This document shows positions 21,477 to 30,904 of a DNA stretch of 64,000 bases, piece by piece. Source of the stretch: a bacterium (GTDB lineage: Bacteria > UBA8248); NCBI GenBank assembly GCA_965221165.1, contig CBDCRP010000003.1, positions 1,600,001 through 1,664,000 of the forward strand. The letters are read 5' to 3'. Under the pieces are notes generated by a model. The model did not search any database and had not been told where the DNA came from. It was given only the letters and a program-made list of their open reading frames with translations. Numbering within the stretch: the first letter of the stretch is position 1; every line of letters begins with the position of its first letter. The position numbers and the translations under genes are program-made.

Positions 21477-21525
21477 CATGTATGCCGCCCCTACGATCAA
21501 ACCCGACTGATAAAGGAGGATTTGC
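21477..21525. repeat. Right half of the interrupted REP (CATGTATGCCGCCCCTAC) and second copy of the 29-bp spacer
   Basis: Direct comparison with 19974-20002 and with REPs at 61013 and 63660. Confidence 0.65.
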
Positions 21526-21551
21526 AGCCCGGTGGAGGCGTCGCGCTCCTT

Positions 21552-22868
21552 TTAATACTCGAACACCGTGGGGCCGTCCACTTTTTCGGTCAGCGCAGAG
21601 GCGGCGGCGCGGGCGGCTCCGAGGCGCCATTCGCGCTCGGCCTCGGGCGTCCGGGAGGGGTCGCCGAATGGATGGTGAAAATGCCCGGCGCGGTTGTTGA
21701 CGATGCGGTTGACCCCGATGTCGCGCGCCACGTCGGGCAAACAGGTGACGATGACGGTGGGGATGCTCTCCCGCTCCAAGGCTCTCGCCAGCGCAGCCCC
21801 GCTGCGCGTGCCGGTTCCTCACGTGGCGGGGAGCACGACGCCCTCTACCCCGGCCTTTTTGAGTTCGGCGGCCCAGGCGCGGCCGATGCCGTCCATCTCG
21901 GCGAAGGCGCCGCCGTTCCCGCAGGTGCTCAGGAAATCATCGTGGAGTTCAGCGATTTCACCCTCGCCCTCGAGCCGCCGGAAGGCGTCCACGGCGAGCA
22001 TGCGGTCGGGCTCCTCGTTCACGAACACGGTGTTGAAGCCGCCGTGGATCGAGATGAAGGCGCCGCCCGAAAGGGCGTCTTTCCCCTCGAATGAGTAGGT
22101 GGCCCAGTTCTCGTTTCTCGAGCCAGCGAAGCGATCCGGGTTGCCGGGGGGGACCATGCCGCCTTCGGATACGATGGCAATGCGGGCTTTCTTGAGATCG
22201 GGGATCGGCTTAGGCGGAGCTATCTCTTCCAGAACGGGAACTTCGAGTTCGGTCTGGTAGGGCTCGCCCCTGATTTTTTTGAGGACCATATCGACGGCGC
22301 GCCGCGAAGTCGGAAGCTCGGCGATTTCGTTGTAGCGGATGCCGCGCGGGAGGTAGCCTTCCTCGGCGGCGTTTCCGACCCTCTCGCCCCGGGCGAGCTT
22401 GAGCCCCAGGCGGGCGGCGGCTTCCAGGGCCGCTTCCATCCCGGCGGCGGACTCTGCGGCGGAGACGGTGTGAACGCTGGTTCCGGCGGCGGGGAAGCCC
22501 GGATTCTCAGGGTGCATGGCGGTGACGACGGGAACGCCCGCCTCCTGCCCGGCGCGGCAGACGGCGGCGCAGGCGAGCCCGTAGCGCCCCGCGTTGAAAG
22601 CGGGCCCGGCGAGTAAGAGATCGGGAGAAAATTCCAGAATCCGCGCGATGGCCTCGGCGGCGCAGGTTTTTTCGTTTTCGGCGAAAAGACCATCGCCCGC
22701 GAAGACGGTAGCGATAACTTCGGCGTCCTCATTCAGTATCTTATCGAGCAATACGCCGGGGCCGACCGGGCCGGGCCGGGAGGATACGGGATGATCGCTC
22801 ATCTCCTCGCCCCCGACGCCTGCGAAGAACTGGTTCAAGTAGTGAACGACCCGAAGTTTACCGCTCAT
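21552..22868 (-). CDS. grdB: Glycine/betaine/sarcosine reductase selenoprotein B (GrdB-like), Sec at codon 350 (TGA 21819-21821), variant motif T-U-GTGTRSG
   Basis: VVHYLNQFFAGVGGEE, GPAFNAGRYG, MHPENPG and HGGF; in-frame TGA joins 21819..22904 with 21552..21779; SECIS hairpin. Confidence 0.88.
21791..21818 (-). promoter_or_regulatory. Putative SECIS element of grdB-like gene
   Basis: GCGCAGC-GGG-GCUGCGC stem starting 11 nt after UGA. Confidence 0.7.
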
Positions 22869-22928
22869 GGCCTGGCCTCCTGATATGAACTCATTCAAAT
22901 ACATATTCGGAATAAGTAGTTATGGGCT

Positions 22929-23204
22929 TTAATCGATATACCTGAAAATGTGCGCCTGTTCGATCGTAATTTTGCCTTCGAGCCAAATGTAGGATTTGCT
23001 AAAGATTTTATCAAACGCTTCACGTGCTCGCTTTGACGTTGCTGGAGATTGTAGCTTTCTGTTTCCCCAGCAGAATAACCAGCATATTCGTTGAGGTATC
23101 CCTTTTTTATTCCATCTAGTACCAATGCCTTTTTGGAACGTTTTGTGGGTAATTCCTGAGAAGATTTTGATTGCTTCTCGTTCTGAAACTTTCATTCTAA
23201 TCAT
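22929..23204 (-). CDS. AT-rich basic hypothetical protein inserted between grdE-like and grdB-like genes
   Basis: Open frame with AAGGGG RBS; markedly lower GC than neighbours. Confidence 0.5.
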   Translation of the reverse strand: MIRMKVSEREAIKIFSGITHKTFQKGIGTRWNKKGIPQRICWLFCWGNRKLQSPATSKRAREAFDKIFSKSYIWLEGKITIEQAHIFRYID

Positions 23205-23360
23205 TCTCAACCCCCTTATCCGTTGCTCCTAATACCAGGTAATAAAGGCTGCACAAGGCCCTTGTGAGACCATCCGTCTATCCGCGAGAGACGCCGCCTA
23301 ACTATGAACCGCCCCGCATTTTCCGCCGTTTCTCGGTAATTCACGAGGACGCCCCCGACC

Positions 23361-24647
23361 TCAATACGCCTTGCCCACCATGTTGTTGATGTCCTTCGCC
23401 CATTCGCTGGCGTAGTAGTCGCTGTCGGCCAGGGTGAAGGCCTCGCGGACGTTGCATCTCTTGCCGTTGTAGAATTCGACGACCTCGGAGCCGATGACCC
23501 GCTCCACCGCGGGGGCGGCGATGCGCTCACCCTGCATGCCTTTGGAAATGACGGCGTCGGCCTCGGGCACATGAAAGACGAGCGGGAACTCGCCCGACCC
23601 CGGCCGGCCCACCTCGTAGATGATCGGAACGGCGCTCACGCCCATCTGCTCGAGCGCCTGGACGGTGAGCCAGTAGTCCACCGTGGAGTTGCCGCCGCCC
23701 TCGAAGGCGAGAACCGTGCCGTCGGCATTGAGGAGCGCGGCGAGCTTGGCCACGTATTGCGCCGAGCGCTCCTTGAGCGCCTGGTTGTCGTGGTGGCCGC
23801 GCGTGATGACCATGCCCGCGAAATTGAGGTCCACACCGTGGCGGCGGTAGAGTTCGTATATGAGCGGCATGTTGCAGTGCAGGTAGGTCGGCGCCTTTTG
23901 CTGCGTCTTGTAATTCGCCCCCACCACCGCGCCGTCGAGCATCTCGTTCGGGTGGATGAGCGTGGGAAGCGAATCCCCCAGATTCTTGCCGTACATGAAG
24001 GTCTGGACCATGGACGCCTGGTGCATGACCTGATCGACGAAAACAACCCGGGGCAGATCGGGCGCGGCGTCCCCGAGTTCGAACGTCTCAAAGCTCTCTG
24101 GTTCGAGTTCCGCCGTGTGCTCGGCCAGCCGGGATGCGATCTTCAGCGTCGCCAGGCGCACGGCATCGTCATGCGCTTCGTTCGAGGCGCCTTCCAGCGG
24201 CTCGTAGCAGGCGACGAGATTCGCGGTCTCCGAATTCGTGCAGTGCACGGCGCCGGGACCGGACATATCGATAATCCCTTCGCGAAAGCTCATGATGCCC
24301 GTCATGGGACCTAAGAAATGGGTGGAGCTGATGACGCACATACCGGCAAGCTTGTGGGTGCGGCCGGCGCCTGCGGTCTTCGCCGGACCGAGGAATCCGG
24401 GGAAAGCGCATGAGCGCCCGCTTACCTTGTAGAGAGGCTCCACAGCGTCTAAGACGTTGGTGATCCGCACCGAATCGCCCGGCATGGCGGCGTGAAAGCC
24501 GACGTCCTTGAGAGCGCCGTCTTCGAGCGCCAGTCTGCGGAGCTCATCGGCATCCACGGTGAGCGTATTGTCTTTGTATTCGAAGCGCTTTCCGAGGATG
24601 ATTTTTGATACGGGAAATATACCCATCTCCAGTCGCATGGACATCAT
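23361..24647 (-). CDS. Glycine/sarcosine/betaine reductase component B alpha/beta subunit (GrdE/GrdG/GrdI-like)
   Basis: PGDSVRI..VLDAVEP, GRTH.L.G, EGIIDMSGPGA, PTLIHPNEMLDGA, LNFAG and EGGGN. Confidence 0.88.
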   Translation of the reverse strand: MMSMRLEMGIFPVSKIILGKRFEYKDNTLTVDADELRRLALEDGALKDVGFHAAMPGDSVRITNVLDAVEPLYKVSGRSCAFPGFLGPAKTAGAGRTHKLAGMCVISSTHFLGPMTGIMSFREGIIDMSGPGAVHCTNSETANLVACYEPLEGASNEAHDDAVRLATLKIASRLAEHTAELEPESFETFELGDAAPDLPRVVFVDQVMHQASMVQTFMYGKNLGDSLPTLIHPNEMLDGAVVGANYKTQQKAPTYLHCNMPLIYELYRRHGVDLNFAGMVITRGHHDNQALKERSAQYVAKLAALLNADGTVLAFEGGGNSTVDYWLTVQALEQMGVSAVPIIYEVGRPGSGEFPLVFHVPEADAVISKGMQGERIAAPAVERVIGSEVVEFYNGKRCNVREAFTLADSDYYASEWAKDINNMVGKAY

Positions 24648-24656
24648 CGCCCCCCA

Positions 24657-25109
24657 CTACCCCGCCGTGCGCATATCGGCGAGGTCACTCTCGATCTGCG
24701 GTAGATCGAGCACCATTTCCATCATGAGAAGTTTATCGGCGTAAAGGTCCTCTGGAACCTGGGACCGCACCTTCTCTTCTAAGATGTGAAAAACGGGGAG
24801 TCCCAACGAGACTCCCGCCAGGGGCCCGGCCCAACTGGGGTCCCCGGTGGTCAGCGTTTCGGCCGCGAGCCGAAGGCCTTCACCGGGCATTCCCAATACC
24901 ACCATCAAATTCTCCGGCCCGACCTCATCCGCAATCGATTTGATGGCGGCCTGGTTTTCCAGGTCCATGGCGCCTGCGGAGGTTCAGACGAAACACTCCG
25001 TCTTCTGGAACACGACCTCCGCTCCCGCCGCCTCGAGGCATTCGGCAATCAGCGGACCGGGAACGCCGTCCCGCTCGCCCAGCGCAATCACCTTCTTGCC
25101 TTTGAACAT
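24657..25109 (-). CDS. grdA: Glycine reductase complex selenoprotein A, C-x-x-U (TGA 24984-24986)
   Basis: Readthrough gives [19 protein letters not shown]...[17 protein letters not shown], then [24 protein letters not shown]. Confidence 0.93.
24943..24983 (-). promoter_or_regulatory. Putative SECIS element of grdA
   Basis: AUGG-A-CCUGG-AAAA-CCAGG-CCG-CCAU hairpin downstream of UGA. Confidence 0.6.
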
Positions 25110-25146
25110 GAACATCCTCCCGCTTGCACACAAAAAAACGAACGAA

Positions 25147-26565
25147 TCACCCTTCTATCAATACCGAAGCCCCGTCGGCCTGCTGGGACATCCGGCCCAG
25201 AAACAGACTTCCTTTCGCCACAACCATTGTACTCCGAAGGAGGCCGGCCCGCATCCTCTTAAGAGCGTGGCCGAGAAAGGGAACCCCTGCGGGGATGTGC
25301 CCCTGCGTAGGCGCGAATCCGGGCATCCCGTGCGCCTCGATAAAATCCGGAATCTCCTCGCGGGCTATTTCCCCGTCCATGACCGCCATGGCGGCCAGCA
25401 TTCTGTAATTCGCAGCCGCGACGTCTCCCGCCCCCGCAGGCAGCATGACCTCGGGGTTATGCAGTTCGACGGCGTACTTATCGACGCTGGTCAACTTGCG
25501 CCCGGCCCGGGCCAGTGGGTCCCGCACCAGAGCCTCCGCCAACCCTTGCGGCGTGGAGGGCTTCCCCGCCGCGTGGCGTCCCGCGATTTCAAGATTCACA
25601 CGGGGGCTATCCTTTGAATCACGGGAGAGAAAGAAAGCCACCCCGCCCAATACATCTTCTAAAACGGGCATCTCTTTTTCCAGATGGTAGTACGCCTTCA
25701 TCCCGAGCTTCGCCATCGAGCCGCCTCCTACGACGACGGCGTTTCCGAGGACGCCCGCCTGAATCAGGGCCGCCGCGTGTATGAGCGCGTACACCGGAGC
25801 CGCGCAGAAAGACTTCACGTCGACGCCGGCGGCATTCACGCAACCCGCCATCTCGGCGATGGCCTTGGCGAGATTGCCTCCACCGCGATTGTAGCGATCC
25901 CCGACCGCCTCCTCGGAGCAACTAATGACGTACTCTATCGCGTCCGGTGCGATGTTTTCGCGCACGAGAAGGCGGCTGAGAGCGTATGCGCCGCTGGCCT
26001 TGGCCGCCAGGTTTTCCAGAAGAATACGGGCATCAAGCGATTCGTCGGAATCATGATCGCGGCGAATGCACCCCATGAGGCCTTTATTCTGAAAAAGAGG
26101 CAGGGCCTCCCCTCGCTCGATGCGCCGGAAAATGTCTTCTTGACGATGTTCCTTTAGGGGTTTTTCTCTTTTGAGAAGTGCGGAGGCGGATTCCGAACAT
26201 GCGATACCCGGAACATGACGCTCCGCATCGAGCATGATCAATCCGAATTGATCGGCCGCTTCTAGAAGGGAGTAGAAAGAATCCTGCGGGAGGATTTCCC
26301 CGAAAGCGCCCTCAGGCGAAGCGCCTGCGAGGGAATTCTCGTACCAGGGCGAAGAAATTTCGCTTAAATTCTCGGGAGGAAGATTGCCGATGAAAGCCTG
26401 ATTCGGCGCATAGCCGACTGCTTCGTCAAAAGACCTGAGATCGGCGAATACGTCGCCTGGCGCCTGATCCCTCCTTGAAGTTTCGCGCCAGGGTTTCGAG
26501 CCGTAGCGAACCAGATCGGGAACATGAACGAGAACGTTCGCCGCCGCACGTAGATACGCAGTCAT
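25147..26565 (-). CDS. grdC: Glycine reductase complex component C beta subunit (FabH-like)
   Basis: [65 protein letters not shown] and KGSLFLGRM. Confidence 0.9.
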   Translation of the reverse strand: MTAYLRAAANVLVHVPDLVRYGSKPWRETSRRDQAPGDVFADLRSFDEAVGYAPNQAFIGNLPPENLSEISSPWYENSLAGASPEGAFGEILPQDSFYSLLEAADQFGLIMLDAERHVPGIACSESASALLKREKPLKEHRQEDIFRRIERGEALPLFQNKGLMGCIRRDHDSDESLDARILLENLAAKASGAYALSRLLVRENIAPDAIEYVISCSEEAVGDRYNRGGGNLAKAIAEMAGCVNAAGVDVKSFCAAPVYALIHAAALIQAGVLGNAVVVGGGSMAKLGMKAYYHLEKEMPVLEDVLGGVAFFLSRDSKDSPRVNLEIAGRHAAGKPSTPQGLAEALVRDPLARAGRKLTSVDKYAVELHNPEVMLPAGAGDVAAANYRMLAAMAVMDGEIAREEIPDFIEAHGMPGFAPTQGHIPAGVPFLGHALKRMRAGLLRSTMVVAKGSLFLGRMSQQADGASVLIEG

Positions 26566-26755
26566 ATCACCCGCCACAAAAGGAGGAAGGAAAGACAAAA
26601 GGGGCATTCGTACCGGAAATTACATGCAGCATCATCTCACTTGGGAAAAACCATTCACCACACGTTTTTTTCAGCGTCCGCCCTGTTTTCCCACAAACGC
26701 ATCCAGGCCGGGGTTTCATCATAAAGGTCGGCCCGAGGGTTGCCGGAAAACCCCA

Positions 26756-27433
26756 TCAGCCCCCGGGCCGGTAGGCGCTCTCGGAGGGGTCGGACTTTCG
26801 CCACCGGCGGAGGAGCTTTCCACCCCGGTAGGCCGCCTCGTAGGGGCCACCGGGCGTCAATACCACGAGGGGCTTTTTCCGTCTGCTCATCTTCTGGCGA
26901 TAGAGCCTGCTTTGCTCGATATACAGTTTGCGCTCTGCGGGCAGCAGTTCGAAAAACCGGTTAAAAAACCCCAAGAATTCACCGACGAATTTTTTCGTCG
27001 CCACGCGGTGGCGATCCACGAGGTAGCACTTCCCCTCCAGCACCCGGTTGTAGACCAGGCCCAGAAGATTCTCCTCAGTATCGAAATAGGGTTCATAGGG
27101 AAACGTGCGGCACGAGACGGAGCGGTTTTCCCGCTCGCAATGCGCTACGCCCCGGCATTCGATGAAAACGCTCTGCTCCGCGTCGACTTCTTCTACCAGC
27201 GCGAGTTCGGATGGCGAGCGCGGCCTGAACTCATGCCAAAGCCGCGTGCGGGGTTTGAGAAACTTCCACTCCTCGCGGTAGGCGACGGGAACCACCCAGC
27301 CCGAATCACAGCAAAAAGGAACCCCCTCGTTGAAGGGCGCGCACTTTTTCCCGCAGTCGAACCGCGCGGGCGGACTCGCAAAGCCCGAGTAGAGGGCCTC
27401 GAAGTCCTTTGGCCGCAAGCGCGTCTTGTTCAT
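26756..27433 (-). CDS. Cys-rich hypothetical protein (possible Zn/Fe-chelating, YkgJ-like)
   Basis: DCGKKC, FCC, ECRGVAHC and CRTFP motifs. Confidence 0.6.
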   Translation of the reverse strand: MNKTRLRPKDFEALYSGFASPPARFDCGKKCAPFNEGVPFCCDSGWVVPVAYREEWKFLKPRTRLWHEFRPRSPSELALVEEVDAEQSVFIECRGVAHCERENRSVSCRTFPYEPYFDTEENLLGLVYNRVLEGKCYLVDRHRVATKKFVGEFLGFFNRFFELLPAERKLYIEQSRLYRQKMSRRKKPLVVLTPGGPYEAAYRGGKLLRRWRKSDPSESAYRPGG

Positions 27434-27442
27434 CTTTTCTCT

Positions 27443-29023
27443 CTACTCCTCATCTTCGCTTGCGTCTTCAGGCGAATCCGCCGGGCGCGCCCCGGGAGCG
27501 CCGGCCTCCGCGGCGAGGGACCAGGCCCGCGATATCGCCACTGCGGCTTGCTGAAAGAGGATGGCGCAATAGTCGACCTCATCATCGGGTATCTCTCGCG
27601 GCGTATCGAAGTAAAAAGAGGCCACCCCCACCGCTCTTCCCAGGGCGACCATCGGAAAGACCACGGCTCCGCGCACCTTTTCGATCTTGAGCGCCTCGGG
27701 CGCGTCGTACCACGCATCGATAGAGGGCACCTCGACGATTTCTTTTTCCCGGAGCGCGATTCTCTCCGGCAGACCCGAGGCGGGCGAGGCCAGGCCGCGC
27801 CGGTAGGCCTCGCCCAGGCGCGAGGAGCATAACTCCAAAAACCTGTCCACCCCATCGTCATACAGAGCGACGTAATACCTGTCGGTCGAGACGAAACGGG
27901 AGACTTCCCCCGCGACGGCGATGATGACGTCGCGAAAGTGCGCTCCGCCCGCCACCGATTCACTCACCCTGGAGATGAGCGCGAGTTGCTCCGAACCAAG
28001 CTGCCGTCCGGAGACCGCCTCCCCCGTCTGCGCTTCGTCCGTCCGGCGGACTGCGGGTTCGCTTCCGCTGCGGACCCCGAGAAAATAGAACAAGGCGAGG
28101 GATACGAGCCAGCCCGCCGCCAGCACGACGTCCAGTATCTTCAGCCCACCCCCTAAGTCCGCCATCCCCGAGCGGTCCGCCACGTGGACGAGGCGCAATT
28201 CCCTCACGCCCATCGCGAATATGGACTGCGCCATCGCGCGCTCATTCCGGTTCGCGGCGTTGAACGCGGCGGGGTCGCAGCAAGCCGGAATATCGAGGGC
28301 CGGGGCGAGTCGCCTCCTGAAAGCCCCGGCGACGCTGTCCGCCAGGAATTTCTCTCCTTGCCTGGCGAAGAGAATTTTCTGCTCGGGCTCGAGCAAGACA
28401 AAGACGCTCTCGCCGGGAACCAACGCACTCTTTCGCAGGGGCAACAAGGATTCCGCTGAAATGATGACGCCCCAAAAACCTTCGGTGGACGGCGAGGAAG
28501 CCAACAGAAAAACAACCGGCACGCCGCCCAGCGTGCTCGATTGAATATCGAACTTCCCCCTCGCGGGTTTCGCCCCCCTCTCTCGCCTCGACAACGAGAG
28601 GAACGAACGCCTCGCCCCCGCCCAGAGACCTCTTTCCTCGGGCCCCACCGCCGGCATCTCCCCCACCCTGCGCGAGCCGACAATCCCGCCTTGCTCATCG
28701 AGCAGCACCGAGGCGGCGAAGGAGTCGCGAGACTCCCCGCCCAGGAGGAACGAAAGCGCTTTCCCCACCCTCCTCGGGCCATCCGGAGCCGCGGCCATAA
28801 GCAACTCGGCCCCCCGGATCTTTCCGAGCAGGGCGTCGACGCGGCCTTGCATTCCGGCGCCGAAATCCTGCAGACGCCTCGCGTCGCGCTGCGCATACCG
28901 GCTTAGGACCGCACCCCGGTCGGCCCGGTGGGCGAAAAACATCGCAACCGCCGCGAAGAGGGCCGTGACAAGCGCAAAGAGCAAGAGCGGGGAAATTGAT
29001 TTTTTGGAATTTTCATCCATCAC
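27443..29023 (-). CDS. Membrane protein with periplasmic region and C-terminal GAF domain
   Basis: Two TM helices around a large loop; C-terminal VVFPMVALGRAVGV is GAF-like. Confidence 0.6.
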   Translation of the reverse strand: MMDENSKKSISPLLLFALVTALFAAVAMFFAHRADRGAVLSRYAQRDARRLQDFGAGMQGRVDALLGKIRGAELLMAAAPDGPRRVGKALSFLLGGESRDSFAASVLLDEQGGIVGSRRVGEMPAVGPEERGLWAGARRSFLSLSRRERGAKPARGKFDIQSSTLGGVPVVFLLASSPSTEGFWGVIISAESLLPLRKSALVPGESVFVLLEPEQKILFARQGEKFLADSVAGAFRRRLAPALDIPACCDPAAFNAANRNERAMAQSIFAMGVRELRLVHVADRSGMADLGGGLKILDVVLAAGWLVSLALFYFLGVRSGSEPAVRRTDEAQTGEAVSGRQLGSEQLALISRVSESVAGGAHFRDVIIAVAGEVSRFVSTDRYYVALYDDGVDRFLELCSSRLGEAYRRGLASPASGLPERIALREKEIVEVPSIDAWYDAPEALKIEKVRGAVVFPMVALGRAVGVASFYFDTPREIPDDEVDYCAILFQQAAVAISRAWSLAAEAGAPGARPADSPEDASEDEE

Positions 29024-29112
29024 ACGTCGGCCGATGCCCCCGCCGGGCGCAGCGCCCGTAGCCTGGGGAAAAGCGATGCGCCCGCATACCGTCGGGCGAC
29101 GGATAGAACCGC

Positions 29113-30126
29113 CTAGCCCGCGGGCGCCCCGTTCGTTTTCGACGCGCCGCCATAGAGTTTTTCAGAGAAGTGACACGCCGCGAAATGGCCCGTCGCGATC
29201 TCCCGCATCGGCGGCTCCTCGTTGACGCACCTGTCTTCCTTGTAGGGGCATCTCGTATGGAACCTGCACCCCGAGGGAGGGTTCACGGGACTGGGCACGT
29301 CTCCGGTCAGGATCATGCGTTTTTTCTTGAGCGTCGGGTCGGGAATCGGCACGGCGGAGAGCAGAGCCTCAGTATAGGGATGCTTCGGCTCCATCACCAC
29401 CCTGTCGGCCGTGGACATCTCCACGATCTTGCCCAGATACATGACGGCGATGCGGTCGCTCACGTGCTGGACGACGGCCAGATCGTGCGCGATGAGCACG
29501 AACGCGATTCCGAACTCTTTTTGCAGGTCCTCGAGCAAGTTGATCACCTGCGCCTGAATCGACACGTCGAGCGCGCTGACGGGCTCGTCCGCGATGATGA
29601 GCTTCGGGTTGAGCGCCAGGGCGCGGGCGATCCCGATGCGCTGCCGCTGACCGCCCGAGAACTCATGGGGGTAGCGCCGTATATGCTCCGGCCTCAAGCC
29701 CACCCGGTGGAGAAGCGAGGCGACCTGCTCTTCTTTTTCCTTTCCTTTGGCGATGCCGTGGATGGTCAACGGCTCGCCGACGATGCTGCCTACCGTCATG
29801 CGCGGGTTCAGGGAAGCGTAGGGGTCCTGAAAGATGATTTGCATCTCCCGCCTCAGCCTGCGCATCGACTCCCTGTTCAGGGAGCAGACGTCGGTGCCCT
29901 GGAAGTTCACCTCGCCCGACGTCGGCTCGATGAGGCGCAGGATGGCCCGGCCGGTGGTCGATTTCCCGCACCCGCTCTCCCCGACCAGTCCGAGCGTCTC
30001 GCCCGGCTCCAAATCGAAGCTCACGCCGTCCACGGCGCGCACATAGTTGCGAACCCGGGAGAATACGCCCCCCCGAACGGGAAAGTGCTTCACCATATCT
30101 TTTACTTCGAGCAGTTTCTGGGCCAC
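29113..30126 (-). CDS. Oligopeptide/dipeptide ABC transporter ATP-binding subunit (OppF/DppF-like)
   Basis: [24 protein letters not shown] and [10 protein letters not shown]; start uncertain. Confidence 0.92.
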   Translation of the reverse strand: MAQKLLEVKDMVKHFPVRGGVFSRVRNYVRAVDGVSFDLEPGETLGLVGESGCGKSTTGRAILRLIEPTSGEVNFQGTDVCSLNRESMRRLRREMQIIFQDPYASLNPRMTVGSIVGEPLTIHGIAKGKEKEEQVASLLHRVGLRPEHIRRYPHEFSGGQRQRIGIARALALNPKLIIADEPVSALDVSIQAQVINLLEDLQKEFGIAFVLIAHDLAVVQHVSDRIAVMYLGKIVEMSTADRVVMEPKHPYTEALLSAVPIPDPTLKKKRMILTGDVPSPVNPPSGCRFHTRCPYKEDRCVNEEPPMREIATGHFAACHFSEKLYGGASKTNGAPAG

Positions 30127-30483
30127 GGCCACGCCCCTCTTGTTCAATGAAAATTCGCATTATTCAATATATCTATATTCAATTTCTATCATTGAGGCCA
30201 CTGCCGGGCAAGTCGAAAAGAACTATCGACGCATCCGGAGAATAAATTCCCCGCCCGGGAAACGATTCCGCCTCGCACGGACGCGATGCGATTCAGCCCT
30301 CTCTCAAATATCCTTTCTGCTCCCGGCGCACCCGGTTCCCCCGACGCCATTGATCATGGAACCCCGTTTTGCTAGGTTTGGCGGTCAGCCCGCTTGGGCG
30401 GAAACCATTCGGCGAGATCATCCTCCATCGATCCGGGCGGACGCGCATCGAGGAGGCGATTCGTTTTATCACTGGAGAGGAAA

Positions 30484-30891
30484 ATGGCGAAAGAAGAAAA
30501 AAACGAAGCGGAAGCCACCGAACAGGAAACAGAGGCTCCCCAAGAGGAAGCGGCGGCTCCCCAACGGGAAGGTCCCGTTTTAACGGCGAAAGAGATCGAC
30601 AAGATGAACGTGCCCAAGCTCAAGGAAGCCGCCCTGGCGTACGGCGGAAAAATCTCGGGCGTGCACGGGATGGACAAAACCCAGTTGATACGGGTGCTCA
30701 AGGAGACAAACGACATTCCATTGATCGAGGCGAGGCGCACTTCCAAAATCGACAGAAGCTCCGTCAAGCAACGGATCAAATCTCTCAAAAGCATTCGGGA
30801 CGAACACATCGAGGCGAAGGACGACGTTCAGCTCAAGCGCGTGAGAAGGCGCATCAAATCGCTTCGCAGAAAACTGGTGCGAACCGCCTAG
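30484..30891 (+). CDS. Small charged protein with Rho-termination-factor N-terminal-like domain
   Basis: DKMNVPKLKEAA...GVHGMDKTQLI pattern; coiled C-terminus. Confidence 0.6.
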   Translation: MAKEEKNEAEATEQETEAPQEEAAAPQREGPVLTAKEIDKMNVPKLKEAALAYGGKISGVHGMDKTQLIRVLKETNDIPLIEARRTSKIDRSSVKQRIKSLKSIRDEHIEAKDDVQLKRVRRRIKSLRRKLVRTA

Positions 30892-30904
30892 AGCGAATGC
30901 GGAA

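Noticed and set aside
19974-21525. 29-bp direct repeats as the IS target-site duplication
   Set aside because: They lie outside the IS ends and are diverged; IS110 elements do not make long TSDs.
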